Below are positions 49,154-60,701 of a stretch of DNA of 60,701 bases, piece by piece. How positions within the stretch are numbered: position 1 is the stretch's first letter; each line of letters starts with the position of its first letter. Source of the DNA: Macrostomum lignano (lineage: Eukaryota); NCBI GenBank assembly GCA_002269645.1, contig NIVC01002037.1, positions 211,518-272,218 on the forward strand. The letters run 5' to 3'. The translations under genes were made by a program, and so were the position numbers. The notes beneath the pieces are model-generated. The model was not told the DNA's origin, made no database searches, and was given only the letters and a program-made list of their open reading frames with translations.

Positions 49154-52100
49154 ATGTCTAGCGGTTTGAAAGCTTTAAAAGAAGAAATTGACCAACTGAA
49201 GAATGCTTTTCCTAAGACCCATAGTGTATTTAGAGTTTCATCAGCCAACCTCGATGAAATGACTTGCAAGTTTATTTTGAAATCACAATCATTTGAATTG
49301 ATTGCAACTATAATGGTAAGTTAATTGTGCTGCATATAAGATTATATTATTATACGAAGGGTGTTGCAAAAGTTTCCGGACTAATGCTCTTCATGGTGAT
49401 AATTTTTGTTTGATTCAGCAAAAAACTTAAACAGACAAACAGGCAACTTGTATTTTATAATATTATAAAGTTTCAGAAAGTTTGGAGTTGATGGTTAATA
49501 GTATAAGCGATTGTACACTAGATTATTTATAGTCATGAAATACGATTTCCGAGTTACAGCTACCAATCACTGTCACTGTCGCTTCTATCGCCGGATGTGT
49601 CCACAGATTGATTGCTGGCTCGCTCCACGTATTCGCCATTTATGGAGATGCATTTTTGGTAGTGCTCAATCAGCTTGTCGAAGCCAGACTCCCAGAAGCT
49701 GGCATCGAACCGATGCAGAGACTTGTTGGCTGCTTCGATGACCTCCTCGCGCGTTGTGAAGATCTCGCCACGCATTGGCATCTTCATTAGGCCAAAGAGG
49801 TGAAAATCGGCGATGGCGAGATCGGGACTATAGGCTGGGTGGTTCAGCAGTCAGAAGCCTAGCTCTTCCGCCTTGGCTTGCGTGCAAGCGGCAGCATGAG
49901 GACGCGCATTGTCCCAGAGAATGAAGGGCTTCTGGCGCATATTGCGACGCTTACTCAGAACGGCATCACGCAGGCGGTGGAGCTGATCGATGACATAGTC
50001 AGCATTGATGGTCTGACCTTGGGGCAGGTGGTCAACCATCAGCACACCACGAGCATCAAACCACATAGTGCACATGACACTCTGCATCCATGCCGACTTC
50101 ATGGCCTTCTGGTTCGGGTGGCTTCCTTTTGGGCCCCAATGCATAGTCTGCTGTTTTGTCTGCGGTTGAAACATGGGCAGCGGTGTTTCATCCATTGTGA
50201 TGAGCAGCTCTTTGAACTTGCTGTCACCCAGTTCATTCCACAACGCCCAGTTCTCTAGCGAGTAACGCACACGTGCTTTCTTGTGCTCTTCCGTCAGTTC
50301 ACGTGGCACCCACTTTGCACAAATCTTGGAGTAGCCTTGGCGTTGCAGAATGCGGCACACAGATGAGTAGTGGATAACAGCAGCAGTCTCCATTTCACGC
50401 ATGCATGCAGACGGATTTTCTTTCAAATAGTCAAGAATAGCAGTTGTTTTGTCATGACCTGTGCTCGAGCGAGGACGCCCAGATCGAGAGGCATCAGCGA
50501 CGTTGGTGACACCGTCAGCAGCGAGTCAGTGATGCTCAAACACTTGAGTGCGACCCAGGGCGTGAACACCGAAAGCAAGACGCACCTCATCAAAGGTCTG
50601 TGTCGCTGTTTTGCCCTGTTGTTGGCATGCCATGATAAAGTGGCGCTGGCTTTCCTTAGACCCGAACTCCAATGGATTCTTTGGTCGACTCATTTTTGCT
50701 CCCTTTTGGTTTGTGAAAAATCGTGTCAACAGCTTCAAAGGGTTGCAACTTATTTTGGCCGTGATGTATGCTGTGATTGACTAAGCTGCAAAAACTTTTA
50801 GGAAAAGTTTTTTTCTATGGCTGAATACCATAGACATCAATTTTCAGCCAAATCAAACACGAATTATCACTATGAAGAGCATTAGTCCGGAAACTTTTGC
50901 AACACCCCTCGTATATATTAGGCCCTAGCAGTAGCATTTTTATAATTTGAATAGGCCTAGCCCTATGCTTAGTTTTTTTATATAGGCCTAATGGCCGAAT
51001 CTATCTAGGACCAAGGCTTATGGTTATGTATAAAGTATAAATGATACTTAAATTTAGATCATGCTTGGGTATAACTGGGTCATTTTTTTATTGTTGGTTC
51101 ATTGGCTAGAGCCTAGAGGCCCATGCTAGGATAAGTATCTAGATAGTTTATCTGTTGTTATGTCTAATGAAAGCAATATATAGCAAATGAAGAAATGAAA
51201 AATATATTGATGCAAAGAGTATTTTTTTTACAAATAAGCCATCTTTTTTATCCTTTAGTGCTACTTTTGTTAAGATAAATATAGATTTATCCCAAGTTTT
51301 GAATGTATATTTTGGTAGAAATTTCATATAAAATAAAGAGGTTCATATAGTTTCTTTGTGCATTTTTTATAATTATAGCACTATATAATGCAATGAATTG
51401 AAATCAAAGCATTGCCAAAGGTTATGTTGCAAAATATTTTTTAAACTAAGTGAATATAAAAAAGACAACAATAAAATTAGTTAATGTGTAAACAAACTAT
51501 GACAGTTTTTACTTTTTTTGCTTTGAATATTGGTGACTAAATTATGCAAAAATCAATTAATTAATCATGTAATATATAGTTTATTATATAATAATATTAA
51601 AATAAACAATTAACGCACCTACTATCGAATACTCATTTTGTCTGCTAGTAGACAAACTAATAGTAGATAAAATGACCACATCCCAATGTAACCTAGGGAT
51701 TTACCTAGCTGTTTCTATTGGCAATACATATATGTAAGTAACTAATAGATGGAATAGTAATCACATGACTACTCTTAGTTAATAGGAACTTATATATATA
51801 TATGCATTGCCAATAGAAATGGCTAGGTGATTCTCAAAGTTGTGCATATAAAGATTACTATTAGATATAATTAAACTAAAGATAAAAAAGATTGAATACA
51901 TATAAGTATTAACCATTTATAATAACTATTAATAAGCAATATGTATTAATATTATAATTAATTATAGTGTAGTAGCATATAAAAATCATAATTTCTTATT
52001 AAAGTTTTGCCATAACAAAATTAGGATTCTAATATAAATTTAATATCATCATTCTAGATTTTTAGGCACAAGACATGTACAATTGTATGTAGGATATAAT

Positions 52101-55100
52101 CTGAATATCAATAGAGCTATAGGAAAGGCTAGAGATATCAAAAGATAAACATTGGATCTTTGGATTGTAGTCTATCCAAAGTAGACTTTGGGTAGAACAT
52201 GATCCTTATCCCACCCAATATCGAATAATTCCATCCTATCTGACATCGAATTCGAACACAATTAATCCCAAAAAAGCAGAAATCTATGTTTTATCGAACT
52301 CAGTTTGCATACTTTTGCTGACCCGAATCTGTCCCATTTGATCAGGAAAACTATCCCCGAGTGGCGCCGCTCTGGTTCTCAGACTCGGACAATCAGCAGG
52401 TCACCTCGGCTCTGTCCGACCTGCAGGACTGCCCGGCCACTCCCGCCGGCTCCCGCGGCCTCCTCCTGCTGCAGGCCTGCCAGCTGCTTGAGACTCTCTG
52501 CCGCACCTTCGGTCTCCCCATCCCCGCTGAAGTCCCCGTCCTGCGGGCCGCCGCCTCCGCCGCCGCGGCTGCCGCTGCTGGAGCCGCCGCCGCTGCCGCC
52601 GCAGTGGCCATGTCCGATGAGGAGGACACCGGGTTCGAGGACTTCGATGATGACCAGCAGGTGCGGCTTGGCTGAATGTGTTGCTGGCCTCAGCTGGGGC
52701 TCCAGCCTCCCAGATTTTCAGTTGCTGGGCCAGCCTCCCAGATCCTCAGTTGCTGGGCCAGCCTCCCAGATTCTCAGTTTCATTTCCACTTTCCCACCCG
52801 CGCCCCCGCAGGTTGCCCCGTCCGGCTCCGACTCTGGCCACGGCTCGTCGGCAGCCTCGGCCGCCACCGCAGGCGGCGCCGCTGCAGCCGGCGACGCCAA
52901 CGCGGCCGACGAGGACCTGTCCGTGCCCGCCGAGTTCGCTGGCATCGAGTCGCGCGCCCACATCGATCAGCTCAGGCGGCTCCGCTCTGCCCAGCGGGAT
53001 ATGTACCTGCGCCGCTCCGTGTCCTCGCCCGGCACCCAGAGCCCCGCCGCCTCCCCGGCTGCCGGCAACGCCGCCGCTTCGGCGAATCCGTCGCCAACTC
53101 CGGGCGCCTCGGTGCAGGCTACGGACCGGTTGATGAAGGAGCTGAAGGAGCTGTACAAGTGAGCACCGCTTGAAGCACCCGGCTTGATACATTCTTGCAG
53201 CTGTTTGGAGTAAGGCTCTGGACCCCGTGTTTCCTTTCCGCTGTTTGTGGCTGGGGGCACTTGATTCCCCTCTCATTTCCTTGCCTGAGCTTGGCGGTAT
53301 GAGGCACTTGACCGCCTTAAGCTGTTTTTGAGGGGGGCACGTGACCTCCTTTAGTTGTTTTTGGGGGCACGTGACCTCCTTCAGTGGTTTTTGGGGACAC
53401 TTAACCTCCTTCAGTTGTTTTTAAGGGCATTTAACCTCCTTCAGTTGTTTTTAAGGGCATTTAACCTCCTTCAGTTGTTTTTGGGGGCACTTGACCTTCT
53501 TGAGCTGTTTTTAAGGGCATTTAACCTCCTTCAGTTGTTTTTAAGGGCATTTAACCTCCTTCAGTTGTTTTTAAGGGCATTTAACCTCCTTCAGTTGTTT
53601 TTGGGGGCACTTGACCTTCTTGAGCTGTTTTTAGAGGGCAATTGACCTCCTTCAGCTATTTTTGGGGGCACTTGACCTTCTTGAGCTGTTTTTAGGGGCT
53701 CTTGACCTTCTTGAGATGTTTTGGGGGCACTTGACCTTCTTGAGCTGTTTTTAGAGGGCACTTGACCTCCTTCAGCTATTTTTGGGGGCACTTGACCTTC
53801 TTGAGCTGTTTTTAGAGGGCAATTGACCTCCTTCAGCTATTTTTGGGGGCACTTGACCTTCTTGAGCTGTTTTTAGAGGGCAATTGACCTCCTTCAGCTA
53901 TTTTTGGGGGCACGTGACCTCCTTCAGTGGTTTTTGGGGACACTTAACCTCCTTCAGTTGTTTTTAAGGGCATTTAACCTCCTTCAGTTGTTTTTAAGGG
54001 CATTTAACCTCCTTCAGTTGTTTTTAAGGGCATTTAACCTCCTTCAGTTGTTTTTAAGGGCATTTAACCTCCTTCAGTTGTTTTTAAGGGCATTTAACCT
54101 CCTTCAGTTGTTTTTAAGGGCATTTAACCTCCTTCAGTTGTTTTTGGGGGCACTTGACCTTCTTGAGCTGTTTTTAGAGGGCAATTGACCTCCTTCAGCT
54201 ATTTTTGGGGGCACTTGACCTTCTTGAGCTGTTTTTAGGGGGCTCTTGACCTTCTTGAGATGTTTTGGGGGGCACTTGACCTTCTTGAGCTGTTTTTAGA
54301 GGGCACTTGACCTCCTTCAGCTATTTTTGGGGGCACTTGACCTTCTTGAGCTGTTTTTAGAGGGCAATTGACCTCCTTCAGCTATTTTTGGGGGCACTTG
54401 ACCTTCTTGAGCTGTTTTTAGAGGGCAATTGACCTCCTTCAGCTATTTTTGGGGGCACTTGACCTTCTTGAGCTGTTTTTAGAGGGCAATTGACCTCCTT
54501 CAGCTATTTTTGGGGGCACTTGACCTTCTTGAGCTGTTTTTAGGGGGCTCTTGACCTTCTTGAGATGTTTTGGGGGGCACTTGACCTTCTTGAGCTGTTT
54601 TTAGAGGGCACTTGACCTCCTTCAGCTATTTTTGGGGGCACTTGACCTTCTTGAGCTGTTTTTAGAGGGAAATTGACCTCCTTCAGCTATTTTTGGGGGC
54701 ACTTGACCTCCTTCAGTTGTTTTTGGGGGGCTCTTGACCTTCTTGAGTTGTTTTGGGGGGCACTTGACCTTCTTGAGCTGTTTTTAGTCTTTAGAGGGCA
54801 CTTGACCTCCTTCAGCTATTTTTGGGGGCACTTGACCTACTTCAGTTGTTTTGGGGGGGGGGGGGCTCTTGACCTTCTTGAGTTGTTTTTGGGGGCACTT
54901 GACCTTCTTGAGCTGTTTTTAGAGGGCACTTGACCTCCAGCTATTTTTGGGGGCACTTGACCTCCTTCAGTTGTTTTTGGGGCTCTGGGCCTTCTTGAGC
55001 TGTTTTTAGGGGGCACTTGACCTCCTTGAGCTGTTTTCGGGGGCACTTACGAGCTAACCCCCATTCTACGCGATTGACTGTGGTGTTCAACCCACCGAAC

Positions 55101-55610
55101 GCCCAATCCCAATGCAGATCCCAGCACCTGAAGTCCGGCGTATTCTCAGTGGAGCTGGTGAACGACAGTCTATACGAGTGGCAGGTCCGGCTGCACCGGG
55201 TTGACCCCGACAGCCCGCTGCAGCGGGACATCGAGCAGCTGGCACAGCAGCAGCAGCAGGCAGGCCAGCAGGCTGTAGGCATCACCCTGGGCTTCTACTT
55301 CAAGGACACTTTCCCGTTCGAGCCGCCGTTTGTCCGCGTGATCAGCCCCGTGCTCAATAACGGCTACGTGCTGCAGGGCGGCGCCATCTGCATGGAGGTG
55401 CTCACCAGGCAGGGCTGGTCGTCTGCCTACAGCATTGAGTCGCTGATCATGCAGATCTCGGCCACCCTGGTCAAGGGCAAGGCCAGAATTGAGTTCTCGG
55501 CCAGCAGCCGGTCCACCTACACCATGGCGAGGGCGCAGCACAGCTACCGGGCGCTGGTCAATATTCACGAGAAGAAGGGCTGGTACACACCGCCCAAGGC
55601 TGATGGCTGA
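49154..55610 (+). CDS. UBE2Q: Ubiquitin-conjugating enzyme E2 Q family (exons 49154-49315, 52346-52660, 52812-53158, 55118-55610; 438 aa)
   Basis: N-terminal RWD-like [23 protein letters not shown]...LDEMTCKF...[30 protein letters not shown] domain [13 protein letters not shown]...[10 protein letters not shown] (catalytic Cys). C-terminus [18 protein letters not shown] introns with consistent phases. Confidence 0.95.
49355..50911 (-). mobile_element. Mariner (DD34D) transposon, 1557 bp, antisense in UBE2Q intron 1
   Basis: ~50-bp TIRs CGA(A/G)GGGTGTTGCAAAAGTTTCCGGACTAATGCTCTTCAT with TA TSDs. Transposase 50693-49560 with HTH region, [26 protein letters not shown] (34-residue spacing). Two in-frame TGA at 50528-50526 and 49853-49851. 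Confidence 0.95.
53310..55045. repeat. ~30-bp minisatellite (GGGGCACTTGACC(T/C)TC(T/C)T(G/C)AG(C/T)TGTTTTT) filling UBE2Q intron 3
   Basis: About 57 units in variant blocks. Confidence 0.96.
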
Positions 55611-55794
55611 CGGGTTGAATGTGCGATTAATTTCACCTGTGACCTTTGAGTTCCTGGCGAAGGGTGTCTCAGAATCCGCCTTGTCTTTAGTCATAGTAAT
55701 AACTGTGGCAGCAGTAGGTTCGGTCTTGACCATAGACATAGACGAACAAAGGCAACGAAGTACTGATCGAAATTCTGATCTATGGAAGTCGATG

Positions 55795-55935
55795 TTTGAG
55801 AGGGAGAGAGAGAGGGGGGTGAGGGAGAGAGAGGTTGTTGAGAGGGGGTGAGGGAGAGAGAGGTTGTTGAGGGGGGGTGAGGGAGAGAGGTTGTTAAGGG
55901 GGGAGGGGGTGAGGGAGAGAGATAGTGAGGGAGAG
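55795..55935. repeat. GA-rich repeat downstream of the UBE2Q stop
   Basis: GAGGGAGAGAGAGGTTGTTGAG-type units. Confidence 0.8.
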
Positions 55936-56814
55936 AGATGGGGTGAGGAAGATAGAGATGCTGATGTCTATGGTCCAATTATCAACTTGGTTACCATTTC
56001 TCCTGATTGTCTACTGTCTATGTATAGTGTGATCAAAATTGAACTAAAAATAGCCACTCGCAAGTGTCTATGGCAAAAGCCCTGAACCCGTCAGACCCCA
56101 TATGGCCATCAATCCAATCCATCAATCATCGCATAGGCCTGCTTCTGAGATGCCGTCTTTATCGTCTTGTAGGTCATGCGCGCTGCATGTATCCTTATCT
56201 ACCCGAGCATATGAATTGGAATCAAAATTTTGTTAATAATAAATTTATCCGTGCAATTTTTATTTGAAATATTACTCTTATTATTATCATTATAATCCTA
56301 TTGTAATTCTGCGTTATTAATGTCGCATTTTTGTCTCTGTGCATCAATTTTCCGTTACAATTCCAGCATCGAAATTGCGCCTCATCATCTGGGCTCGGGC
56401 ATCTGAACTGAACTCTGATTGTTTGCCAGAGTTTTGTTAAATTGCTTATACTACTGTTTCACTTTGTTTAGTAAGTAGTATGCGCTGCTTAGAGTTGGCT
56501 GTATAATTAAACAAAAATGATCTCTTTTTTCGAATGGCATCAATAATAACTGCTGTCTTTCTGACCATCGGGAATGATTTATTATTATTATTTTTATTAT
56601 TATTATTATTCGTGACTTTTAGTGACTTTTCAGCAAGTATAATCTTGTAGTTATAGTGTGACTCCCCAGTTGTTTTTTTTACTTCCACCGGCCCTGGTTT
56701 TTTATTGAAGTTTTTTCTCCTTTGTCCATCCTTGCTGACTGTTCACAGCCCAGAGTTATTGCGCTCGTCATTTCTTCTCTTTGTTGTCTGTATAAAATAG
56801 TACTAGAATTTTAC

Positions 56815-56858
56815 CTGTCTGTCAGCATGTCTCATGTCTGTCTACATGTCTGTCCGCA

Positions 56859-56919
<61 letters not shown>

Positions 56920-57000
56920 GCATGTCTGTCTGTCTGTCCGCATGTCTGTCTGTCTTAGTGTCTACATGTCTGTCTGTCTGTCAGCCTGTCTGTCCATCTG
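56815..57000. repeat. (TGTC)n microsatellite
   Basis: Directly visible. Confidence 0.92.
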
Positions 57001-57899
57001 GCTGCCTTAGAGTTTCAGAGCAGGGTCTCCTGTTCCATATGCTGCTAATGCTGGTTCGCTCTCTCAAATAAACTGTACCTGCTTGTACTGGCGCGACTCG
57101 TGTCTGTTTATGTAAATATATTTATGTTTATTATTGGCCAACAAGTAGTCAGCTGATCAGTGTTAAACCGAAAACTCAAGACTCAAGACTCAAGCCCTCT
57201 CATATTCGAGCATATAAGTTTGAGCTCATCATTGCAGAATGTCTATCCAGCCTGTCAATGCGGTTCTTTTATGTTCCCATAATCCTGCACTTGCTGATTT
57301 GTACGCCCTGCACTGTTTGTGTAAAATGTCAAGAATTACCTGCAGCACATAATCAGTGTGTTCTCCGAAGCACAAGCCAGCACAGCATTGCCTAGCTGCA
57401 GTGTGTGGGCCTTGTGTGTTATAGTGCGCTGACGCTCGCTGGTTACTTAATTTACTTCTTATTAGTAAGAATATTATCTCCTGCTTTCTATGATCTCCTG
57501 TAAATATAATCCAATCAAGTTCTTTTGCGGAGAGGTAAGTAGGTCAAATATATTAACAAATAAATGAATCAAATAATAAAAACATGCCGGATCGCTCTTT
57601 TATTTCGTCAACTCTGTGTCGGTCGGACTGGCGCTTATATTCGCAAATTGATTTGCTTCAGTGCTTTTGTGTTGCTTTCACTTTTATTTTGCATCATCTG
57701 CAGTTCCATATGGTTGCTGAGTAGCACTCGCGGCATTAATACTTGGCTGGAACGGTTAGATATACTCGTATGTGAATCAAAAAGCAAATTAACTTGGTAA
57801 CAACATTTCTAGGAATTAAAACTGCAATTGAAGAAGTTTTCCACTCGAATATAGCTTATTTCGTACAGTACGAGTGTAACAGCTTACACTGTAGGGTTT

Positions 57900-58140
57900 G
57901 AGAGGGGCGCCATTTCATCTGGTGAGGGGCGCCATTTCATTTGAGAGGGGCGCATTTCATCTGGTGAGGGGCGCATTTCATCTGGTGAGGGGCGCATTTC
58001 ATCTGGTGAGGGGCGCATTAATTTCATCTGGTGAGGGGCGCCATTTCATCTGAGAGGGAACCCAATTTCATTTGAGAGGGAACCCCATTTCAGTTAAGAG
58101 GGCATTTCATTTCATTTGAGAGGGGGCGCCATTGCATTTG
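57900..58140. repeat. ~21-bp repeat (GAGGGGCGC(C)ATTTCATCTGGT)
   Basis: About 10 degenerate units. Confidence 0.85.
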
Positions 58141-58387
58141 ACGCCATAAACTCCTACTTCTACATGTATTAGGGGCACCCGTGCAAGCGAACTGAAGTGC
58201 TTATATAAACACATTTTAAGTTGACAGAATAAAAATTGTTTGAGAAAACAAATTTACAAATGAAAACAAAACCTCTAAGCTTTTTCATGAGCTCTTGGAC
58301 GGAAATCTTACAACTGAAAATTCGAGCTGAATTTTGCGAGCTGTGCAGGACCTCGGAACTCATTCAAACAAATCGTTATCGTGTCGC

Positions 58388-59339
58388 TCAGGAGTGCCGA
58401 ATTTCCGCCAGTGAGGAGGGTCGCGGCAGCTCAGAAGGCCGCGTCCTGGGCTGCGCTGAGGGCGCTGCTGAGGAACACCGGTTTGCGTTGTGACGTTCCA
58501 TATGACCACATCTAGAACCCGATGACCACATCTAGAACCCGATGACCACATCTAGAACCCGATGACCACATCTAGAACCCGATGACTACATCTAGAACCC
58601 GATGACCACATATAGAACCTAATGATCACATCTAGAACCTGATGACCACATCTAGAACCCGATGACCACATCTAGAACCTGATGACCACATCTAGAACCC
58701 GATGATCACATCTAGAACCTGATGACCACATCTAGAACCCGATGACCACATCTAGAACCGATGATCACATCTAGAACCCGATGACCACATCTAGAACCCG
58801 ATGACCACATCTAGAACCCGATGACCACATCTAGAACCCGATGACCACATCTAGAACCCGATGACCACATCTAGAACCCGATGACCACATCTAGAACCCG
58901 ATGACCACATCTAGAACCCGATGACCACATCTAGAACCCGATGACCACATCTAGAACCCGATGACCACATCTAGAACCCGATGATCACATCTAGAACCTG
59001 ATGATCACATCTAAAATCCCATGGGGCCATGACCATATTTAAAGCCCAATGACCACATCTACCCTATGACGACCACATCTAAAACCCTATGACCACACCT
59101 AAAGCCCTATGACCAGATATCTAAAACCGATGACCAAATCCAAAGCCCGATGAGAGTACATTTACCTTGCGCAGACTTATGTACCCATTCGCTAAGCCTA
59201 AGAGTACACGCGCACTTACCCGGGGCGGCTTCGTCCACTCGTTCAAATTTTGCAGATTCGACAACAACCGGACTGCCAGGATGCGAACCAACGGACGCGT
59301 GGCCGGAATCGCAGGACAGCTGCGACGGACGCTGCTGCA
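58388..59339 (-). CDS. Candidate last two exons (59339-59220, 58467-58388) of an unidentified minus-strand gene
   Basis: 120-bp GC-rich phase-1/phase-1 exon with TTACAG acceptor and GTAAGT donor (VQQRPSQLSCDSGHASVGSHPGSPVVVESAKFERVDEAAPG). A compatible terminal exon follows (AAPSAQPRTRPSELPRPSSLAEIRHS*). No recognisable domain. Confidence 0.4.
58502..59140. repeat. 20-bp minisatellite (GATGACCACATCTAGAACCC), ~25 near-perfect copies, then degenerating
   Basis: Directly visible. Confidence 0.96.
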
Positions 59340-59392
59340 CTGTAAGGTGCAGATTTTTATGTGCGAGAATGATTGAGCACTATTTAGTCCAC

Positions 59393-59875
59393 GGGAAAGG
59401 CAGGGAGAGAGGCAGGGAGAGAGGAAGGGAGAGAGGCAGGGAGAGAGGAACGGAGAAAGGCAGGGAGAGAGGCAGGGAGAGAGGCAGGGAGAGAGGAACG
59501 GAGAGAGGCAGGGAGAGAGGCAGGGAGATAGGCAGGGAGAGAGGAACGGAGAGAGGCAGGGAGAGAGGCAGGGAGATAGGAACGGAGAAAGGCAGGGAGA
59601 GAGGAAGGGAGGGAGGCAGGGAGAGAGGCAGGAGAGAGGAACGAGAGAGAGGCAGGGAGGAGAGGCAGGAGAGAGAGGGAGAGAGCAGGGGAGGGAGGCA
59701 GGGAGAGAGAACGGAGAAAGGCAGGGAGAGAGGCAGGGAGAGAGGAACGGAGAAAGGCAGGGAGAGAGGCAGGGAGAGAGGCAGGGAGGGAGGCAGGGAG
59801 AGAGGAACGGAGAAAGGCAGGGAGAGAGGCAGGGAGAGAGGAACGGAGAAAGGCAGGGAGAGAGGAAGGGAGGAA
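59393..59875. repeat. 12-bp purine-rich repeat (GGCAGGGAGAGA / GGAACGGAGAAA), ~40 copies
   Basis: Directly visible. Confidence 0.95.
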
Positions 59876-60611
59876 AAACAGAGCAGTCAGAAAGGAGACA
59901 CGGAGATTGCCGGGGGCTCCAGGAGAGAAAGCAGTAACATCCGTTATTCAAAAAGTACAACTGGAAATTCAATACTGTTGTAGGCACGATAGGCCCCTAG
60001 CAACAAAACCAGGGTATTCCAACAAAAGGAACTGGAAAAAACATGGCCGATCGGAGTTCCCTTCGCAAACCGACGCAGCCATGTGCATTATTAAGCTTTG
60101 ATCACGCTGTGGCCGCGTGCGCAATAACTCCTAATTCAGTCTCCAGCCTGGCGATCAATAGATGCCTAACGAGGAGAGGAGATTACAATCTTACAGCCCT
60201 CAATAATTAATCAGATTGGGTCGGATTTCCAGTTTGCCTTTGCATAAGTCAAAGCAGTTTGGGTGAGAACAGCAGCTTCGGGACAGAATAGCGAACCTCG
60301 AAAGCAGAAGATTGAAAGGTGGCCTTGAAGCAGAAGACAAAAGGTTTCAGTCACAGATGCCTGCAGCCTGACCTGCGCTCTGAAATTTTCTCATTTACCC
60401 TTTCATCTGCAGATCGGATGGCGCGCAGCTTTGACGCAATTCTTTGAATCTTTCTGTCAATCTTTGCTCATGCAGGTGCAAAAGCTCAACTGTAATTACG
60501 TGATTGGCTGGACAATTTCACTGACTCTGTGAGGCGGCTTAAAAACAAACCATGAAGTTTACTTGAGGCTACGGCTCGCAAGAAAAAGAATAGATTAGAT
60601 GCAGAGATGTT

Positions 60612-60701
60612 GAGTAGTAGTAGAGTGACCAGTAGAGTGACCAGTAGAGTGACCAGTCGAGCGACAGTAGAGTGACCAGTAGAGTGACCAATAAAGTGAC
60701 C
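60612..60701. repeat. 13-bp repeat (TAGAGTGACCAG-type) running off the window end
   Basis: Directly visible. Confidence 0.8.

Overview
This is eukaryotic (animal) genomic DNA with GC-rich exons, AT-rich spliceosomal introns and many intronic minisatellites. The pattern resembles a free-living flatworm such as Macrostomum, but that is inference only. (1) 2.0-14.5 kb: four two-exon paralogues encoding small secreted proteins (signal peptide + WSC domain + PAN/apple-like module), two on + and two on -, facing each other. Each has an RFX X-box-like palindrome upstream, and three share an almost invariant C-terminal module. (2) 18.4-33.1 kb (-): complete 10-exon mitochondrial pyruvate carboxylase (1194 aa); seven of its nine introns hold tandem arrays and one holds a hAT-type MITE. 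(3) 33.9-38.7 kb: DNA-transposon remnants (MITE with 9-bp TSD, Merlin/IS1595-like fragment, frameshifted MULE). (4) 43.2-45.9 kb (+): GABPA-like ETS factor. (5) 49.2-55.6 kb (+): 4-exon UBE2Q-family E2 with a near-intact mariner in intron 1. (6) A probable 3' end of an unidentified minus-strand gene near 58.4-59.3 kb. Most long ORFs in the supplied track are repeat artefacts or antisense shadows. No rRNA, tRNA or CRISPR array was recognised. All exon junctions were read by hand and need RNA-seq confirmation.
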